DNA of 56,209 nucleotides, the filler included, from Jimgerdemannia flammicorona (Eukaryota): the NCBI GenBank assembly GCA_003990765.1. It is 2 parts of 2 records of this genome, joined end to end, with 100 filler letters (N's around TTAATTAATTAA, not from the genome) between each part and the next. Parts side by side here need not be neighbours in the genome. Positions count along the whole stretch, not along the records: positions 1 to 28,058 come from RBNJ01000584.1; 1 more part is not named here. One strand, written 5' to 3'. Positions within the stretch are counted from its first letter, which is position 1, and the number at the start of each line of letters is the position of its first letter. Positions 1 through 13,100 of the stretch are shown piece after piece. The notes under the pieces were generated by a model that was not told the DNA's origin, searched no databases, and saw nothing but the letters and a program-made list of their open reading frames with translations. Position numbers and translations under genes: made by a program.

Positions 1-510
1 CTTCTTTTGGTGAAATCACTTGACGGATTGGGCTGGTCACCAGTTATCGCACCATAATGTCATCTGATCTTGTGGTCACAGGGTACTCCGAATTTGGATA
101 GGGTCAATTGTAGACATCACAATAGATAGTAGTTAGAGATATAAATGATATCTGAGAGATCTTTCTATAGAAAATTTTATTCTTTAAAAAGAGGTCTTCA
201 GACTTTACTTAATGAAACTATATATATAGAGTGGAAATTATATATTTAGCTAGTTAACTAATATTGATTAGTAATAGTTAATAGTAATTACTTAGAACTA
301 TTTATACTAATAAAAATTCCTAAGCTAGAAATTTTAATCACTATCTGATATATGTATACTTTATAGATCTATTCAATTACTATTTTTTATATACTCCTAT
401 TCTACTCTGTTTTTTATTAAATATTATTAGAATTTTATCTCTATTTCCAAAAAATTAGCTAATAGTTATAGAAATTATTATAATATTTAAAAGACACTAT
501 TACTATATAT

Positions 511-948
511 TGTGATAATTAATCTGAATTAGTAATATGAATCAGAAGAATAGACATTTGATTATAGTATCTAAATCCAATTCCCAAATATAGTATAGCC
601 CTACAAATAGCAGTCATATTCTACAGATGTAGAATCTTCACAATTATAGAGATTTCATAGATATAGAAAATCTATACTTATAGAAAATGACTTACAGAAA
701 ACATAATCATAACTTAGCCACCTATAGTTAGCAAACTTTTATAAATATCCCAGTATCTAGAGTGAATAAACCTCAGATCAAAATAAGTTCAAAGTAAAGA
801 AAAGTAAAGAAACTAGCAAGCCTATAGGCAGATACACTTTGAACTCACTCCTCTGTACTCTAAAGACTCTGTGAGAGTCAGAATAAGTCAAGTTTTTAAG
901 ATATAGAAATCTACTATACTTCTGAGGTTAGGTATCTTCTATATTATA
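511..948 (+). repeat. 5' LTR of G1 copy 1
   Basis: Direct repeat of 9456-9861; starts TG; contains TATAAATA at ~739. Confidence 0.9.
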
Positions 949-1066
949 ACTTAGTGTCTATTAGCTGGTGATTCAAGATTAATTTCTTACTTTTAAGCTA
1001 AATAATGAATAACTGCTACCATCTAAACAACCATACAAATTAAACCAAGATATCTAGATATGTAAG

Positions 1067-2400
1067 ATGGATATGAGACCATTAGTATTTTATAGATATA
1101 CTTCAGATAAATCAAATATCATCTTTATTGATGATTTTGAGCAGTATGCTATTGTAAGGACTCTGATAACAATGCAGCAAGTAGCCCTCCTGTCCTTCAG
1201 TCTCTGAGGACCAGCAAGAGTAGTATTTATAGCTACAACCTATGTGAGAAACAATAATAATACAGTACTAATAGTACAGAAGACCTGGCTCTGAGCCACC
1301 TACTATACAAATGAGATCAAACAAGTCTTGAAAGATTAGCTCAATATAACTTACTAAGGAATGAGTGAGGATCTAAACACATTCTACACCAGAATCTAAT
1401 ATTAGATAATTTTTACAGATTATACTACTACCATCCAAGATCAAGTAGCTGAGGCAATCTTTATAAAAAGAGTCTATCCAGAGATAGCTCTAGCTATTTA
1501 CTTATCATCAATAGTTCTGGATCTATCACAAAAAGTCACCTATGCTCAGTGATACTAGATAGTCAGACACCCACAAGACTATATAATGGAAAGAGTCACT
1601 GAAGTTAGAATTAAAACACTTAAGGCAATCAGTGTGATCTCTACTATAGTGATCAATCAAAACATATCTCAGCCAAGAGCTACTGAGCAGTAGAGGAATA
1701 GTGACCATATGAAGAAACTTGCTAAGAAGTTCACTGAAATGATAGCCCACCTAGAAGATGTAGTAAAGAAAATTAGAAGAAGAGACCACTGCCTAGTTCA
1801 GAAGTTTGCTGCTATCTTAGATAAGAAGAAAGATATCTGCTACACTTGTGGAGAAGAAGACTACTATTTATATAAATATATATATGAGTAAAACTAAGTA
1901 TAAGGCCCAGCTAAGTAATGCTATATGAAATAAAGAACAGGCCAATGCCATTACCTTCAAAGAGATTGGAGAATCAGATGAAAAAGAATGAGAAGTCTAC
2001 TCTATCAAGACTATCAAGAAAGATGTCTGTAAATAACCCTATAAGAGACCACCAGAGAGACCCAAAAAGAACCCTGTAAAAAAGTAGATAGAGACTGCTA
2101 CAGAAAGTTAAGGTGAAAAAACAGATTAAAATATAGAGCTAGAATAGACTATTCAAGATATTATCTGAAGAACCACTCTAGCTAGTGAAGGAGAAAAGAA
2201 GAAAAAGCTTTGCAAAACTAAGACCTTCAAGTATGATATCTTCAAAGACCTCAGTCAATAAAAGATCAATGCAACCTTCAGCTAGCTAGTAGAAATACCC
2301 ACATTCAGATAACAAATAAGATATAGACTTGCTGAGACAACTAAGGAACAAGGTTGGAAGATAACTAAGACTAATAATATTCAAGAAGACTCAGAAAAAG
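1067..2400 (+). pseudogene. gag: gag (G1), many stop codons
   Basis: Starts MDMRPLVFY...IFIDDFEQYA and is colinear with gag of copy 2 (50002). Zinc-knuckle remnant CYTCGEEDY at ~1838-1865. Confidence 0.85.
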
Positions 2401-2419
2401 AGAGCAAAGATAATCACAA

Positions 2420-5046
2420 GACCTCTGCCTATATAACCTGTCAGATTGAAGATAGAATCTTCAAAGCTATCATTGATATAGGAGTAGGAGAATATCTTCT
2501 CAACAAGAAAGCAGCATACCACTTAGGTTGGGAAGTTAAAAAAGTAACCAAATTGGTATTTGTCACAGTAGATAGTATAAGAGCCATACTTTTAGGAAAG
2601 ATCCAAGATATTTCCATCAAGTTTGGAGGAGCAACTATTCCAGTAGATGTAATTATGACCAATGCCACCAACTATGATATCTTTATTAGCAATCAGTGGC
2701 TTTATAAAGTCAAGACAATAATCAATCTGAATGCCCAGAAGATATAGATCATCTACTGAGGCCAGAAGATATGAATTCCAATTAATGTCAATAAAGAAGT
2801 GCTGCCTGAGATAGAGGAAGAAAAAAGTGAGCAAGAAGAAGTCTATATAGTGACTACTCAGAAAAAGAAGAAGAAAGTCAGATGGATCAATGAAGAAGAC
2901 TGATGCAGGAAGATTGCAGAAGAATATGTACTACAAAGAGTCTGTCTCTACAGAATCAAGATATACTATAGTGAACCCATTAATGATTACTACTAATATA
3001 GCATCAGCATCAGAAAGATCTACCAGAAAAGAAGACAGAAGGCTCTTAAAAAACAAGCAAGAGAAGAGAAGGAGGAGGAAGAGAATGACAAACCACCAGC
3101 TCTTCTAGAGGATAGTGATGATGAAGAAGAAATCAAGATCAAGATTCAGAAGATCCACTCTGATGTAGTTCTACCAGAATATAAGTCAGAGAATGCAGCC
3201 AGAATAGATATTACTATAATAGAAGAAACCATACTGGAGTCTCAGACAATTACCCTACTTGTAACTAGTCTGAAGATAACTATTCCAAAGGATCATATCA
3301 GAATCCTTAAGACAAGAAGCAGCCTGACTAAGAGTGAAATCACAATTGAAGGAGGAGTTATTAATTCAGATTACATTAAAGAAATACTACTTATTGCTAG
3401 AAACCACAATCCTATAATTCTATTTTCAATCAAGAAGAAGGATCAACTGATATAGATGTTGATCTTCTCAGTTCTTCAGTTAAGGATCATGAAAATCAAG
3501 AAGTTGGAGGAAATAGAAAGAGAAAAGAAAGGATTTGGATCCACAGGAAGAGGAGTATTTGCTAGCACCAAGATTACCAAACTGAATCATAAGAAGGAGA
3601 AAACTATAAATAAGTATAGCTATACTATTGGAAATAAATTCTCACTCAAGAAGAAACTCAAGAAGATACTTTATAAATTTGAGAATATCCTAGCTATGGA
3701 TTTTAAAGATATTAAAGAAAAGACTCCACACTACTATTATGATATAGATACAGAGGACACTGAACCAATCTATCAAAAAGCAAGACCAATACTACCAGCC
3801 TACCACAAATAACTCAGAGAAGAAATCAAGCAGATGAAAGAAGCTAGTATTATTAAAGAAGCCAGTAGCCCCTGAGCCTCACCAGTTGTACTAGTCTCAA
3901 AAAAAGGAAGCAAGCTAGGAGAATTTGCTCCAAGACTCTGTACTGATTACAGGAAGCTCAACTTGGTTACCAAGAAAGATTACCAACTATTACCCCTTAT
4001 CAGTAATATCCTTATAACCTTAGGAGATGAAGTACAGTATTACAGTACCTTGGACTTATACTCACTAAAGCAGTAAGTAAAAAGTCAGCTTTCATTATCT
4101 CAGATAGAACCTATGTCTACCTGTGAATGTCATTCAGAATATACAATACTTCTGTAAGCTTTTAGCAAATAATGAACAAAATCTTCTACTATAATATAGA
4201 AAATAGATGATGGTTTATGTAGATAATATTATTATCTATAGTAAGATAACTGAAGAATATCTGCAGTACATCCAGTAGATGATGAAGAAGCTAAGACACT
4301 ATAGTTTTTACATCAAACCTAAGAAGTGCAAGTTTGCAGAAATCAAGATCATCTATCTTAGCCATGTCATCAATTGAGATAGAATATATATAGACTCTCT
4401 CAAGATTTAAGCAATAGCTATATACCTAAGGCCTACTATAGTTACTGAAGCCCAAGCCTTCATGGGACTTGTCTCATATTACTACTGATTTATTAGAGGA
4501 TTCTTTAATATTACAAGATCAATCTACAAACTCAATAAGAAAGATGTCAAGTTCCAATAGACTAACAGGCAATAAAAAGTATTTGATGAGCTCAAGGTCA
4601 GACTGACTCAGGCACCCATTCTCAAAAAATCTGATTGAACTCAAGAATTCATCCTGCAGACCAATATAAGTACCCAAGAACTAGAAGCAGTTCTGGTTTA
4701 AAAGAAAGACAAAGTAGAGTATATTATTATATATCTAAGTCAAGAAACCAAAGGAGCTGAAAAAGAATATGAATCCTACAAGTTGGAATGTCTTACAGTT
4801 ATCTGGGCTGTAGAGAAGTTCTACTATTACCTCACTAAAATACACTTCATCATTCAGACAGACTACTCAGCCCTTACCTGGCTACTGATCACTGGGCCAC
4901 TCAAAGAAATCTATATCAGATGGATTATGAAGTTGTAAGTATATGATGTAACCATTATACACTACTCAGGAAGAACTAATATCAATATAGATATCCTCTC
5001 ACAGATACTCTGAAGGACTCCCAACCAGAAAATCAATCATGAATAA
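2420..5046 (+). pseudogene. pol: pol: protease, dUTPase, reverse transcriptase, RNase H (G1)
   Basis: PR AIIDIGVG (~2467) and YDIFISNQWL. RT SP*ASPVVLV, RLCTDYRKLN and VYVDN (~4215, decayed YVDD). RH FILQTN..LEAVL, KLECL.VIWAVEKF. Frame ends NHE* at TAA 5044-5046. Confidence 0.9.
3135..3550 (+). pseudogene. dUTPase domain between protease and RT (G1)
   Basis: Trimeric dUTPase motifs: AARIDI (I), RSSL (II), GGVINSDY (III), DQLI.M (IV), REKKGFGSTG (V). Confidence 0.88.
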
Positions 5047-6177
5047 GGAGCTCTACTATAGAATCATCACCTACAAAGATACTTCAATATCTGGAAGAAT
5101 GGACATAAATGATTATTAACAGAACATGAAACAATTTAAGACTGATAGAGAAAGACTAATAGAGAAATGCTGAAGAAAGAAAAACTACTAGTTATATCCA
5201 AATATAAGAAGGAGTAAGTAATGAAATCAGTATACAAACTTAGCTATCTAAGAGAAATAAATATATATAATAAAGCAAAAAGAATAATATATAAAGGTAG
5301 ATATCAGACAATTTGTCAAAATATATGATAAATACCAGAAACAGAAATAAGACCAATAAAACCAAACCCCAGAATCAGTACATATAGAACCAATACCCTT
5401 TGCTCATATAGCAATAGATATAATTGGCCCACTATCTCTAATATTGACTGATAACTGATATATCATTGATATTGTGGATCTCTTTACAAAATATAAGAGG
5501 GTTGCTTTTTAGGGTAACCGTTACATAGTTCTGGAAAGGTTTTCTGAATATTCTGGATATTCTGGAAGACTGTTTTCTTATGGTCAAGATCAATTTCATA
5601 TGGAGTACATCCTCTACGCTTATTGATTTCAAGATTGGGTTGACATCTCAACCAAAGTCCTTTCCTGGACTAGTTCTGGATGTTCAGGATTTTCCATATT
5701 TCAGGAAGTTCAAGAAACTAAGACCAGCTTAGTTGAATTGGCGTATCACTGCAGACAATATCCAATTAGGAAATTTCGTGATAGGGTTAGGAGTGGGACC
5801 TAACAGAGAGCGGATTTACTTAAGAGTGGTTTGTGGGTTATGGAATAGGTTTATTTGCTATTCATGATATTGCTATACTAGGAGTATTTGTGTGAAGGAA
5901 TATTTGTGGGGAAGTATTCAGGAATGTTCTTGTATATTCAAGTCTATTCAAGTCTGAGATTCTGAGGTCTGGGGGAGGGGTATTTATACTAGTGAGGGGC
6001 TATCTGGACTATGCTAAATATGGATGTAGCACTAAGTGCCTTGCTGAGTCGGAATGCAGTCATGTAGTACAAGTGTGATCTGACATGTCAAGAGATCATC
6101 TGACTGCTGAGTCAGTTCACAGTCACGTCATACAAAGCTAATCTAACTATACTATGACTGCTAGGCTATTTATGGGT

Positions 6178-7939
6178 TTAGGCGCTGTCTGGGTAGTCTT
6201 CGATAACATCACCATCAATGGGGATTGTCTAAAGCATCGATAGTCACAACTTGGCAGTACCTGAATTATTTTTAGATTGGTCACACATTTCTCCATTTGG
6301 CTGAGCTCTGAGCATTTTGGCTGAGTTATGTGTCTCCTATTTCTAAGTCAAATATATAAAGATAATATAGAAACATCTCAACACATCTAAAAAATCTTAT
6401 ACATATAATAATCATACTGATAATCCACTACTCAAAATGGCCCAAGAGTTTTGAAGTTGCTTTTTCAACATAAGAAATATCTGCTGAAAAATTCAAACAA
6501 TGGCCACATATATCAAATATATAATCTATCTGGAGTTCTAATAAACCAAAGAATTGTGATAGCTGGACTACTTATAATTGCTATGTATATGAAAAGTATA
6601 CAAAATCAAGTATACGAAAAGAAGGCATCCCAGATGACAAGTGTCGCAAGACACAAATTCAAGAGCCAGACTAGTGTTCTGTGAAAACCAAAGTCACTCA
6701 CTTGGCTACAACATCAATAGTTTGAATCAAATATATTTGAACATACACATAAGTGATATTTAGAACGTTCAGATTCAATTTAGATAACTCTTTATATGGG
6801 CTCAGCCAAATGGAGAAATGTGTGACCAATCTAAAAATAATTTAGGTATCGCCGGGTTGTGACTATCAACACTTTAGACAACCCCCCATCAATGACATCA
6901 TCTCTGATAAAGTAGTCGTCTAGGAAGAGTGGTTCGCAGATTACTTCTCCTTGTTTGCTGAGGTAGTAATACATTGGGACTTCGTCTCCATCCCACAGGA
7001 TAGCATCATCTGTCTCATAGGCTGGATAAGGTGTTGGTAGGTGAAGGATGGGTGTATTGTCTTTGCTTTCATTGGATTCACTGTCTGTGTACCTTCTATA
7101 GATTACAGCACTATGAGTTGCAGGGTTGTAGTAAGCTGGTAGCTGTAGTTCATGTCACTTATACTCAGGTGGTGGAGTTGTTGGTTCGATCTCGAGGGTT
7201 GTCTAGAGGTACAGGTTGTGTTCTCCAGTCTCTTCATTGTAGTTGAAGTAATCGGGGGTGAATGCAGGTTGGTATTCGTGCCAGTGGTCATTATCCCAAT
7301 AAGTCTCATGAACTGTTGTAAGTTCATTGGCAAGATTGGTGGTGTGATCAGGGTTGGCAGAGATCCTTGGCTTGAGGTCATGTTGGCATCGGAGGGATCA
7401 TTGTCTTCTGCTTCATCTTCGTCGAAGTGGATTATATCGTAGATGTCCTTCATGGCATATCCGACTTGAGGCATTTGCAGGATATGGTCATCAGGGTGCG
7501 GGAAGGTTCTGTCTGTGGTCTGGATGTATTCAAGGTACTTGTGGTTGAGTTCTTGTATCATGTCATCGATTTGGCCATAGGACAGGGTAGCAACCATTTC
7601 ACTGATAGTGACTCGGAGGCGGGGAATAAAGGTGTTATACTCATAGAAGAGTTCTCGATGTTTGTGGGCGATGAGCTTTTGGTGTTGAGACATCTGGGTA
7701 ATGTCTGTATCATGGTGGTGTTCGACCATGTCTTCCAGGAGGCAGCCAATCTGGTAGTAGCTTGAGATTTGTCCAATTCGGTGGGCCTCACTAAGCATGT
7801 TCAGGGCATTCCATTGGGCTTCTACGAAGTAGAGGGGTGCCAGGCTATGGATATTCATGAGGGGCAGAGAGGGTGTGGCTTGGTTGACAATGGCATTCCA
7901 AATGTCAGCACGGATACGGTTATAGATCTCAGTGGTCAT
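6178..7939 (-). pseudogene. LTR-encoded ORF-X (unknown function); frameshifted near 7308 and interrupted by a MITE near its 3' end
   Basis: MTTEIYNRIRADIWNAI... from 7939, within track ORF 7103-8029. A 10-bp deletion relative to the copy at 31612 shifts the frame. The ancestral C-terminus ...VIEDYPDSA* ends at 6178. Confidence 0.75.
6221..6885. mobile_element. Non-autonomous DNA transposon (MULE/Mutator-like MITE), 665 bp
   Basis: ~85-bp imperfect TIRs starting GGG(A/G)TTGTCTAAAG; perfect 9-bp TSD CCATCAATG (6212-6220, 6886-6894). Confidence 0.85.
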
Positions 7940-8952
7940 ATTTGTGTATTTAGAAGTTGTGGTTGTTGTTTGTTTTGGTTCTCTGATTCGACGTATCTCG
8001 ACGTGTCTCGGTGCTCGGTATATATGCATTTAGTCCTGATTGGTAAGATTCTGTTTGTGTAAATCTTGTATTCCGTAACTTCATATTGACTCAGCTTTGT
8101 GCACTGTGACTTCAGTTTGACTCAGCTTCGTGATCAAGCAGGTGATTTCCAGGTTTGTTCAGAGGTCGCGTGTGATTTCAGTGGCTTGTTCAGAGGGTGA
8201 TGTGTAATTTCAGTGGCTTAGAGGTTGTGCGCTTACACAAAATGAATAGAGACAGGACTCCTCAAAGAAGCCAATACATAGTCAATTGCTAATTTCTTCT
8301 ATAAAGAAATCATCTGCCAATTAAAGACTTCAATATAAGTAACTACAGATAGAAGTATAGAATTTATAAACTAGTTCTTTGAGGTTCTCTATAAGAAGTA
8401 TAGGATCCAGCACATTTAGACCATAGCTTATTACTCACAAAAGAACAGATAAGCAGAAAGGACTAACAAGACTCTCAAGAATATTATTACCAAGATCTAT
8501 AATAACTATAAAAACTGGGATCACTATCTATCAATAACATTATTCACTCTTCAGAATATCTTCACAAAGTACTCATTTTATCTCTCAAGAGATACTATTT
8601 AGAGAAGAAAATTCTCAAGAAATCCTATCATCTAATGGAGATGCTATTGTAAATATGGAGATATGGAGACTATATCAAATTAGAAAGAAGGCTGAGAATT
8701 ATATAAACAAGATACAGATATTATAATAGAATAATGTAGAGAAGATTTACAAGTCTATAGAGATTATTAAGATAAGAGACAAAGTTCTAATATATTAGAA
8801 TATAGTAGAAGCTTCATGGTTATAAAAACTAAAGCCTAAGTGAGAAGGACCTTATTTTGTACAAGATATAAAAGAAACCACCTTTTGGCTATAAAAAATC
8901 TCAAACACAATCATCCCTACTACCATTCACTGAAACTAACTTAAGAAATATC

Positions 8953-9414
8953 ATGGCTAATCAAAAAAGTATAGCTATAGCTCTCAAGATCACTAATACT
9001 ATATAATAAGCTATAGAAAGACAATGGTATACTACCAAGCTACTCACAATAGAGGAATCTTTCAATAGTATCCAAAGTATAGTATAGATATATCTGTCAT
9101 GAATTTCACACTTCAAGACCTACCAGAATTAGACAGAGCTTCAAGAATACTTCAAGTTAGAATAGCTACTAAACTCACAGTCAGAGATGGCAAAAGAAGA
9201 TTGGATTAGAGAGTGCCAGCTCTCTTATATTCAGATCACTATTACTAAATGAGTATATAAGTTATTTAAGAAAGATGAGCCAGCCTTAGCTTACTTATAG
9301 AAAGTAGTTCTAGGAGACTTTGTATAAGTTAAAAGATATTATTGAGATATTGTGATAATACAGATTATACAGTACAAAGAGATACAGATTGTGGAGGCTT
9401 GGGAGTTTGAGTGA
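8953..9414 (+). pseudogene. ORF3 (accessory ORF between IN and PPT) of G1 copy 1, with stops
   Basis: Same length (462 nt) as, and colinear with, intact ORF3 at 52647-53108 (MANQKS...IVEAWEFE*). Confidence 0.85.
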
Positions 9415-9455
9415 ATAGAGTATTTTAGAGATAAATCATCTATTCAGGAGGAAGT

Positions 9456-9861
9456 TGTGACAGTTGATCTGAATTAATAATATAAATCAAAAGAATAGAT
9501 ATTTGATCATAGTACTCTCAAATATAGTATAGCCCTACAAATAGCAGTCATATTCTATAAATGTAGAATCTTCACAATTATAGAGATTTTACAGATATAG
9601 AGAATCTATACTTATAGAAAATGACTTACAGAAAATATAGTCATAACTTAGCCACCTTATAGCTAGTAAACTTGTATAAATATCTCAATATCTAAAGTGA
9701 ATAAACCTCAGATCAAAATAAGTTCAAAGCAAAGAGAAGCAAAGGAACTAGTAAGCCTGTAGATAGATATACTTTGAACTTACTTCTCTATATTCTGAAG
9801 TCAAGTTTTTAAGATATAGAAATCTACTATACTTCTGAAGTTAGATATCTCCTATATTATA
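9456..9861 (+). repeat. 3' LTR of G1 copy 1
   Basis: Follows the PPT; direct repeat of 511-948 with small deletions. Confidence 0.9.
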
Positions 9862-10159
9862 ATATTTGATAAAAATTGATATTAATATTTTTTATATTAA
9901 AAAGTTAAGTATTAGAATAAATTATATCTAATAAATATATCTCTTAATCTATAGTATAGATAATTTATATATTTTATAAAGTTAATTATAAAAATATTTA
10001 AATTTATAAATAAAAAAACATTATATTATATCTCTTTATTTATAAATAAAAACATCTAATTTATTTAGTAGATAAATTAAAGTTTATAAAAAATATTTTT
10101 CTAATATATTATTTTTCTACTAAAAAATTATTAGTAAATTTTTTTATAAAGTTATTCTA

Positions 10160-13100
10160 AATATCACAACTTAGGTAGTCAATATATATTCAATACCATC
10201 ACTCTTTCTACCAGAGAGATATATTGATCTTTCTAATCCAGAAGAGTATTTCCTTGAGAAATAGATCTCTAGATAATAAACTATCTCTCTTATTGGAATG
10301 ATTGTTCTAATAATATCTCTATCTACTATACTACCTCCTAATATGAGAGTCTCATGCTTATACCAATTAAGATTGACTCCTGAGAACTCCTCATATCATT
10401 GTACTGCTCTCTTCAGCACTGTCACTTTCTCTACAGAGCTCAGTTTAATTACTATATTATCAGCAAAGACTCCTACCTTCTAATTTACTCCAAGGATATT
10501 CAACTTCCCTACTCTATACTAAATTCTATCCAACAGAGGCTCTAAGGAGAGGGCATAAAGAATCAGTGATAGTAGATCACTCTGTGGTATCCCTCTACTC
10601 AGAGAAAATAAAACTTCTCAGTATCTATTTATCAGAATAGCTATCTGACTCCCCTCCAATAGACTGACTAAGAATTACTAGAATTCTGAGAGAATCTCAA
10701 TATGCTTTAGTACTCTCTCTAGTCAAACTTACTAGACCTTATTATAAGCCTTTTCTTAATCTAGAAGTATGATCAGCCTCCAGTTCTTTCACTTCTCTTA
10801 TCCTTATATAGCAGAGCTATAAGCTCCAGATACTGTCTTCCAATCTAAGCCTCAGAGCCAATAATATCATCATACATCTATACCATCTCCTCCAGTACTA
10901 TCTTAATGTCCACTATTCTCTTCTAGAAATCTCAGAATAGGTCATTCTCTTCAGGGGCTGTCCTCAGACTTATTATTACTAATATCTGAAGAATCTCCTC
11001 TCCTTGGACTAATACTCCAAGTTCACTCAGACCCTCTACTGGGTCTGAGTACTAATTCTTCAAATACTGCTCAATGGTCAGTATATCCTCTCCACTCTTC
11101 TTCTTACTTTATAATAGTCTCTAATATTTGCTCAACTGGTTCAACATTTCCTAAGTCTCTACTACTATCTCTCCTGACTTATTCAATACTCTATCTTACT
11201 ACTATCTTACTCTCTTCACTCAAAGGAGTCTTGTCAAAAAATTTATAGACTGTTTCCTCTCTTTCAAGTTCTACCACTATAGTCTTATACTATATTCTAT
11301 ATCTATAAGTCCTCTTCCTGCCTCAGTAGTCTCTACAGCTCCTCTACCTTAAGTCTGATATACTGAGCCCTCCAATTTCCCCTTTTCTCACCCTCTAGCA
11401 ATCCTGCTCATTCTATCAACAACTTCTTCAACCAATGGGAAGCTCACTATATACAGCCTCTCCTCTGAGCACCCCTCTCTCTCTCCATCTTTCTCTAGAA
11501 CTGTTAGGTCTCAGACTTCAATCTCTACTATCAATCTCTAATAGTAAGCCCTTCTGTCCTCCAAACAAAATCCTAATACTAATATCTACTACTCAGACAT
11601 TCTACAAATATATCTCATCCAACAAGGAGATATTCAGATACTAGTATCCAGACCTCTCTCCACTCTCTCCAAATCTTCTACAATCCAGAAGATCTCCAAT
11701 TATTAGACTATGGACACTATATAGTCTCTAATAATTTCCAAATATTACTCTCTCAATACTCTATAGTTAGAATTCAGTTAATCCTCAATCTAAGCCCTGC
11801 CATTCAATAAGTATATATCTAGTGATCTTCTTACTATTATCAGCTTATATATCAATCAGAAAACTCAATCTTTCAATCTCCTTTCAGTCTTCTATTTCTC
11901 TACTCCTTTTAAAAAGCCTCTTCTTCCATCAGTTCTGTCTAACCTCCCATTATGAACTATATTAAAGTCTCCACTCAAGTAGTCAATCTCTGTCTCTATC
12001 AGAGTATCTAAGTCTCACAATCTATATATCTACTCCAAGTAGACCTCTCTTTCTGCCAAGTAGTAGTAAGACTCAATAATTACTGAGCCTCAGCCTGGTC
12101 TTCTCCACACACTCTACACTACTCTACTCTCTTAATGTTCAATGTCTCCAATATCTCTCTTTTTCTTCTATACTAAAATACTCACTCTACCTTTTCATAT
12201 AGCTATACCCCCATTCTCTTATCTAGTCTAATATATCTAAGTTCTTATTATATCCTATATTCTACAATAAGAACAAATCAGTATCTAGTCTCCTTAGCTA
12301 GCAAAAAATATTCTGATACCTCACTACTCCTTATAATCTATTGATATTTAGAGAGAAGATTCTAATGATACTATTTATATTGAATAATATTTATAGATAA
12401 ACTACCTACTCTATAATTTTATACTCACTCTATCACTAGCTAGATCTAAGTATCTTTCAGTCTCAAGTTTGTCTATCTCTCCCTACTGAGCATCCAGAGC
12501 CATCAATATCTTCTGACAGTCCTCTAAATCCTGTGCTTCTATAGATAATATATAATTCTCACATACTACTTACCACTTTGCCAGCCTCTTTCTTGGATCC
12601 CATATTTAGACTATATAATTATTTGCAATTACCAGAAGTACTGCCTCTCTATTGATATCTATTTTATACTTCTCTGCCTCTAGCAGAGCTACTATCAACT
12701 CATCCCAGAGTCTTTGTACTATCTCCTCTTTTTACAAAATATATAGAACTCCAGTATACCTTACTAATAACTTAAAAATCTACTTCTCTCAATTTATTAG
12801 CTTTAATATTTATCAGTGCCTTCCAAACTATAAGAGGGTTACTTGTTAGAATAACTGTTATGTAGTTCTGAAAGGGTTTTCTGGAAGTTCTAGATACTCT
12901 AGAAGACTGTTTTCTTAAGGTCAAGATTAATTTTATATGAAGTATATTCTCTATGCTTATTGATTTCTAAATTGGGTTAATATCTCAACCAAAATTCTTT
13001 TCAGACTAGTTCTGGATATTCAGGATTTTCTGTATTTTAGGAAGTTCAAAAAACTAAGAATAGCTTGGTTGAATTGGCATATTGCTGCAGACAATACCTA

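Larger units (their letters stand above)
5492..8237 (-). mobile_element. Solo LTR of family G2, type A (ORF-bearing), inserted in the G1 integrase
   Basis: Termini TGTAAG...CTTATA on the minus strand; 5-bp TSD CAAAA (5487-5491, 8238-8242); matches 31324-33392 and 12829-14867. Confidence 0.93.
5039..8960 (+). pseudogene. integrase ORF (G1), interrupted by a solo LTR at 5492-8237
   Basis: Own ATG (MNKELYY) at 5039. PFAHIAIDIIGPL, IVDLFTK|..E split by the insertion, VTTDRS.EF, AERTNKTLK, PK*EGPYF (GPY/F motif). Stop TAA 8958-8960. Confidence 0.88.
511..9861 (+). mobile_element. Ty3/Gypsy LTR retrotransposon family G1, copy 1 (full length, decayed): gag-PR-dUTPase-RT-RH / IN / ORF3
   Basis: Paired LTRs 511-948 and 9456-9861 (TGTGA...TATTATA, decayed from TG...CA). 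4-bp TSD ATAT (507-510, 9862-9865). Decayed PBS-like sequence after ACT at ~952. PPT AGGAGGAAG before 9456. Gypsy domain order PR-RT-RH-IN. Confidence 0.93.

Noticed and set aside
7031..8062. Several plus-strand ORFs (7031, 7152, 7427, 7769) and their equivalents at 31522-32530
   Set aside because: Antisense shadows of ORF-X with no independent evidence.
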